Source of the DNA: Chrysomallon squamiferum
Taxonomy: Eukaryota > Animalia > Mollusca
Direction: 5' to 3'
Assembly (NCBI GenBank): GCA_012295275.1
Contig: CM022672.1
Location: 3,844,001 to 3,908,000, forward strand
Length of the DNA: 64,000 bases
Shown here piece after piece: positions 57,851 through 64,000 of this stretch. The first letter of the stretch is position 1. The number at the start of each line of letters is the position of its first letter. The position numbers and the translations under genes are program-made. Below the pieces are notes generated by a model. That model searched no databases and was not told the origin of the DNA. It saw nothing but the letters and a program-made list of their open reading frames with translations.

Positions 57851-58162
57851 TAATTAAATCCACCCCTAATTTAATGAGTTTCATTTCTCAGGTGAGGTTC
57901 AAGACTTTGATCTTTTTCTGCCATTACCTGCACACCTCATATTTAATTTAGGTTAAGTTACTTTGATGACTTGTTTGTGTAATGGAATATATAATGCAAG
58001 CACTAAAATTTACTGTGGTTGTATGAAAATTGAAACACCTATGCACTGTTATTTTGCAGTTGTGTGTGTTCTCTCTATTTCTCTGAAGTTGTCTCTACCA
58101 TTACTACTACTATTATTATTATTATTATTATTTATAGTTTATTCTCTCTCTCTCTCTCTATA

Positions 58163-58219
<57 letters not shown>

Positions 58220-58519
58220 GAGTAATGCATTTAATAAAACATTATTTAAATTCACCTTAGGAAATATGATTTATCACTACTGGCAAAAGCTGTAGTTAAA
58301 TATAATAGCTTGGACTTGTTATTACATTATCTGCAATGAAGCATTTGCTACAGGAAAAGTAGCAAGCAGTGGTTTAATTTAAGTTAATTACCCAGGTATC
58401 ACCTTGGTCAGTAGGTGACAGGACCACCATGAAGATCCATCCATTCCACAGGTATCAGGTGTTTAAACGAGTTTATTAAGTGCTGTGTTCAGTTTATCAA
58501 GATCAATCTACAGCTCATT

Positions 58520-58770
58520 GTTGTCGAGTAATTGAAGCATGATTGGTCACAGGATCAGTTTTCCTTTACATTCCTATTAACCTTTTTCCATACCCAAACC
58601 TGTGCCCTTTATCTGGTTTATCAGTGGTATGGTCTTCTCCTTCTCTGGGAAGGTGCACGTCTAACATCACTTGTTGCTTATTGAAATAATAGCCCATTGT
58701 ATTGTACCAAGTGTATTGTCATCATGATGGTCAGCCATAATTACGTATACAACATGTAATTTTAAATATT
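58520..58770 (+). mobile_element. Decayed MetaSINE-like element
   Basis: tggtatggtcttctccttctctgggaaggtgcacgtctaacatcacttgttgcttattgaaataatagcccat corresponds to the reverse complement of the core at about 16590-16660. Confidence 0.55.
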
Positions 58771-59079
58771 GATTCAGAATGTTTTATTTACATTGTTAAA
58801 TTACTTTGTATGACGATCAATATTTCTGTTATCACTATTTCTGTTTCTGTTGGTAGCAGTCTATTACTAGCCTGTTCAGTATTATTGTAGTATCATTACA
58901 ACAAATCATTTATTAAATTATTATGAGCATTTAATGCTAGTCTTCATTTTAATTCAAACATAATTACCATGAATAGATCTTCAACAACATATTAAATATT
59001 TAATACTATTAACATTTTGTAGTCACCTTTCATTAGGCATGTCTGCTACTAAATGAATAATTTCAAATCTTGAGATGCT

Positions 59080-59430
59080 TACCACATATCTATATTAGTC
59101 TGTTAATTATTAATACTAACATAATAACATTATTATGATGACATCTCTGTTATGATGTTATAGACCTAGTCATTGTTGTTGTATACATACAGTATATCTG
59201 TATCAGTCTGCTTAATATTATTATAATTTAGACATATTTATAAGCAATCTCTGTTAAAATGTTGGCAGACACATTCAGTAATAATTCTGTATCTGTATCA
59301 GCCTGTTTTGGTGTTTTTAGTAAGTTGGACCAGTCTGTTTAAAAATTAATATAGACATTACTTATAAGCAATTTGTACTCATAATTTAGGCGAGCTTATC
59401 GCATGTCTGCATCACGTTGTTTGGCATTAA
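59080..59430. repeat. Diverged tandem repeat of about 100 bp
   Basis: tatctgtatcagtctg-like motifs at about 59087, 59195, 59290 and 59405. tagacat...ttataagcaat occurs twice. Confidence 0.6.
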
Positions 59431-61847
59431 TTGTAATATTGTTATGAAGACATTTGTCAGTGAGTGATACCGGCTATTATAATATTGTAATGAGGAATAT
59501 GACTTCCATTCAAAACTCAACAACAGCTCAACTTTACAGTGTCAGTAAGCAGAAGCCAGAGTCATCTGATATGATATAGCTATGACATTTTTTTTTCCGA
59601 TAACATCAGGTACATTAACTCTTTATAAATTTTTTTTTTTTTATTATTAACATTCTTATTTATCTATTTTCTTCTTGATTTTTTTTTTTCTTTTTTGTCT
59701 GTTATTTTTTTAGAGAATATATTTGATAGTTTTTATAAAGCTTTTTAAAAGAAGGTTAAAATGGATTCCTTTTTGAAGAAAACAATGAGACTGCTGATTA
59801 ATATTTTAATAGAAGAAAAAAAAATAAAAATAGTTTTTTTCATACAAAACAGACATGATTAATAGTTTATATATTAATATTATTTGCCATTTGTGACAAT
59901 GATACTGTTATTAATATGTAGTTTATAAATTAAAATAATTTAGGTGACTATGAAAGAGAAAGAAGACAGAAAGAAAAACTGACAGAACTAGGTTAATACT
60001 GAGAAATACATTAATGGTAATTAATGCTTTAAACTGAAACAAAAAAAAAACAAACAAAAAAATTCAATTAAAAAGTCCACCAAAATATACGATTATAGGA
60101 TCATAACCACTGCTAACCTGTTTGACAGTTGATGTTCAAATAAGAAAGACGAATAAGCAAATAGTTAAGATATATTTATGCTTTTAAAAAAAAAAAAAAA
60201 AATCACTGGATGTTTGGGATAAACAAAACCATGATGTTTTTATCGAGTTCAATAACAGGGTGTTCATTGACCTGTCTTCGTGGCGATGCTGTCGTGCTGG
60301 TACCTGATGTTTACGCTCTGCTCTCGTCAACAGAGTAAAAATGCCATGCATGTAGTTGTAAACGTTGCCCTGTATGCGTTTCTCTGAGTTGTCCCTTTGT
60401 CTGATGGCTGTGTCAAAATTCACTGGCGTTGAGAAAATATTTTATTTTCAACTTGTCAACAGCACTACTGTTTTCTGAGCTGAAATGAGCTGAAAATATT
60501 CAATATTTGTACAGGACTTTCAACCTGTGTGTATGCATTCAAAACGATTGTGTTTATTATATTTAAATATTCTTGCCTTGACCAACATTGTTCTGGAGTG
60601 GGGAGAGGGAAAACAAGGTGGGAAAAGCAGATAAAAGAAAGAAGTTTCATTACATACTTTTTGTGTTTTTTTGTTTTTTTTTAAATTCTCCTTGCTTCTT
60701 CTGTTAACTGCCTTTTTGTTTATCAGCATCTATCTTCCTTCCTTCTTAATAAGCTGTCTGTCTGTCTGTCTGTGTGTATCTGTTTATCTCATAACTGTTT
60801 AATGTATGCTTTGTTTAGAGACTTCATAAGTATTCTTTGTTTGATTTTTTTTTCTGTTTCTCTTTGAATTTTGTCTTTTTCTTTTTCTTTATTTACTTTT
60901 TTTTCTTCTTTATTTACTTTTTTTATCATTATTTTCTTTTATTATTTATTTATTTATTATGTTATTTTTTATGTTTTGTTATGTTATGTTACATTTCATT
61001 AAGTTGCTTTATTTTATTTTATTTTATTTTAACTTTTTTTGGGGGGGGGGTATTTTTGAACAACCTCTCATTTTAAAAACCCCATTATCAACATAAAAAT
61101 ATGTTTTTTTCCTTTCATTTTAAAAATAATTTTTTCTATTTTAAGAATTTTGTTTAACATAGTAGTGGGATATAGAAAAGAAGTATAGTCTTTTAAATGA
61201 ATTTAATCTAATATAGATTATACAATATTATCAAACAAGGGTGAAAAAAACTTCTGGCATAAACTGAACCATAACAGTTTACTGAAACCCAACCTGTTCT
61301 GTGTTATATGTCAATTCAGATAATGCCTTCCAATATATTTATTTCATTTTTAAAACATACAGATATATATTTAAAATTTTTCTAATATTTGTAATCTTTT
61401 AAATAAAATAAGCTTGACATTTTATAAAGTGAGAAAAAAAAAAAAAAACAAAAACGATATCCTTGAATCAGTTTTAAATTGTGGAGAAACAACTTTCTTT
61501 TCTTTACGTAAAACGGCAATATTGGTATTAGACAAGCGAAGAGGGTAGTTAACTCAGCCTGATGACAACACACTGAGACAGCTAATTTTATGAGTTGCTA
61601 CTTTATTAATAATCTTCACCCATCCATCAACTGCGATCAAACAGTCATCAACGCAACTTGTAAGTCCATCATTTGACGATTTAGCCCTCCTTCGCAAAGC
61701 TGGTGAGTTCACTCTAACAATGTGGCTGAATGTTTTGCCTCGTAATGGGGCCATAACTTCCACCTCATTTACTGCCTGCGGTGATGAAGAAGAATGCAGT
61801 TTTGTAGATGTCTGTTGAGTTACGTGGCCTGCTGCTGCATGGAAGAC

Positions 61848-62322
61848 ATGTCATTTTCTTGTGTACTGTGTCTGCTACATGAGTTTTCTTGTGTACTGTG
61901 TCTGCTACATGAGTTTTCATGTGTTACGTGTAACTCTATGAGTTTTCGTGTGTTGTATATTGCATGAATTTTCATGTGTGTTGTATATTACATGAGTTTT
62001 CATGTGTGTTGTGTACTACACAAGTTTTCTTGTGTGCTGTGTATTATATGAGTTTTCATGTGTGTTGTGTACTACACAAGTTTTCGTGTGCTGTGTATTA
62101 CATGAGTTTTCATGTGTGTTGTATAATACCCCCAAGTTTTCATATGTTGTGTATTACATGAGTTTACATGTGTGTTGTATACTACACCAGTTTTTGTGTG
62201 TTATGTGTTCTACATGAGTTTACATATGTGTTGTATACTACACCAGTTTTTGTGTGTGATGTGTACTACACAAACTTTTATGTGTGTTGCACTACTTTTG
62301 AGTTTTCTGTGTGTCGCACTAC
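61848..62322. repeat. 28-30-bp minisatellite
   Basis: Unit similar to CATGAGTTTTCATGTGTGTTGTATATTA, about 16 diverged copies. Confidence 0.9.
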
Positions 62323-63476
62323 TTACAGTGGAGTAGGGATGAGGAAATGACTGGGGTGTGTGCATGGATGTCGGGCAAGTGAAAACGGGAAGTGTGTTCA
62401 GGGTTACGCAAGTACATGAACAACTTGACACATTTTCAGCTTTTCATACACAAATAAGTTACAATTATTGTACTGAGGTTTTGAAAAAGGCCATTATGTG
62501 CCAGAAAAATATTTTTAATTATATATAAATATAAATAAATAATTAGAAACAATATATTAATATATTATATGTGATTATCAACACAATTTGAGGATGGATC
62601 AGTAATAAATTATCTAAAAGTGGTGTTAAATATGTTAATTGAAAATAGCTAGTATAAACCAATAGCAATATTTCACAATATTTTTAACATCTATTTAAGT
62701 ATCATATAATCATTTGGTTGCTGGGTTTTTTTTTAGTTTTATATATGTATATATACATGTATATACATACATGTGTACATTAGATGACTGTGATTAACTG
62801 GAAAGAACAAATTAAATTGTTGTTTATGAAATTAAAATTATTTAATAGCGTGGTTTTAATTATATAAAAATAATAACAGCTCTTGTATGCATAATAATTA
62901 GTCTCAGTATCATACAAAACATAGTTATAACTTTTACAACTGTGTGTTTATGTATGTATGTATGTCTGTAGTGTAAATCTTACACAGAATTTAATAAGAC
63001 TAGTATTGTTCAAACCATCCAACACTATCATGTACTCTTAGGTCTTAGTGGCTAATAAATATCAGTATTATACCCACTTAAAGAACAAGTACATGCAGAC
63101 ACTGTAATAAAACTATAATATTACTAGTGCATTATACATGTATACAATTAGAGATATCCTATACATACTAGTAAATAAACACATTGTATGTGTGGATACA
63201 CTGATACAGTACCTGTATTTTAATCTGCATATGCTTCAAGTGGGTCAGACATAAACATCTGCTTGGTTTTAAAGCCCACCTTGTTGAAATTACCCAGACT
63301 TTGTATCCAGTTACAGACTAAATAAGAAACTAAGAAATTAATCTCCACAGATAGATTTCTTCTCCTTGACCAAGTCTTAGTGTCAACAATGATTTTATTG
63401 TATGCGCCACTGTTTTGCTGTTTTTATTTACTGTATTATATTACACATTAATCTTGCCTTTCTTTTTATCTTCTAG

Positions 63477-63494
63477 CTGACAGCTATAGATATG
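63477..63494 (+). CDS. Candidate 18-nt microexon, (A/T)DSYRY, phase 1-1
   Basis: Branch-like ttaat and a pyrimidine tract ending ttctag|, exon CTGACAGCTATAGATATG in frame, donor G|GTAAAC. Confidence 0.55.
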
Positions 63495-64000
63495 GTAAAC
63501 TTGACACCTTATTTTTTCTCTCTTTCTCGTTTTTCCTTTGTTTGTTTGTGAAAAGTAATTTTCACGTTTTTGGTTTGGTTTATGTTTTCTTTCAGGCCTG
63601 TTCTCAACTTTTATTTAGATTTTAATTCTTAAAGTTTGAAAAAAAAAAAAGGTTTAAAGTTTTTAAAGTTTTTTTTTAATGCTTTTGTTACATTGTAGTT
63701 TACAAAAATAGAGTGCAGACTGCAGATATAAAGGTTAACAGAGTCAAGAAGTTAATGTATGAAAAAACAATAATGAAAACAAATCAGAAAAAAAAAGAGA
63801 ACAAAAAAAGGTGAAAAAAAGCCTTTAGTCATTCCGGTTAATATAATAGGGTTGAAAACCAGTATTCAAAACAGGAAAGAACAAAATCCATTTGTTAGGA
63901 ACCATATAAAAAAATATAAAACAAGAATATCCTGAAGTAAAATTCATAAATTATTTATATAAAATAACAATTATGATTATAATTTATTTCATATTTTAAA

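Noticed and set aside
63596-63618. Acceptor ttttctttcag as the next coding exon
   Set aside because: The phase-1 frame hits TAG within 8 codons and no donor precedes it.

Overview
AT-rich, microsatellite-dense animal genomic DNA, not prokaryotic. The decayed SINE and MITE fragments resemble, from memory, repeats of gastropod molluscs, but I could not run a search to confirm this. None of the supplied ORFs looks like a real protein: many are microsatellite or minisatellite translations and the rest show no recognisable domain. The one convincing coding signal is absent from the ORF track. It is the 5' end of a + strand spliced gene for a secreted or membrane protein: a CCAAT/CRE/E-box promoter at about 51.8 kb, a non-coding exon ending at a donor at 52110, and an ATG exon (53652-53723) encoding a typical signal peptide, MACWWIVLLVLLTTTVSSAS. 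Two candidate 18-nt frame-preserving microexons follow (56464-56481 and 63477-63494). The upstream ~52 kb is CpG-richer non-coding DNA with several promoter-like islands followed by + strand splice donors, including a tandemly duplicated pair, which may be alternative non-coding first exons of the same gene. It also holds CTCF-like motifs, old SINEs, nested MITEs, local duplications and minisatellites. The gene cannot be named from this window. I found no CRISPR array, tRNA, rRNA or recognisable miRNA.
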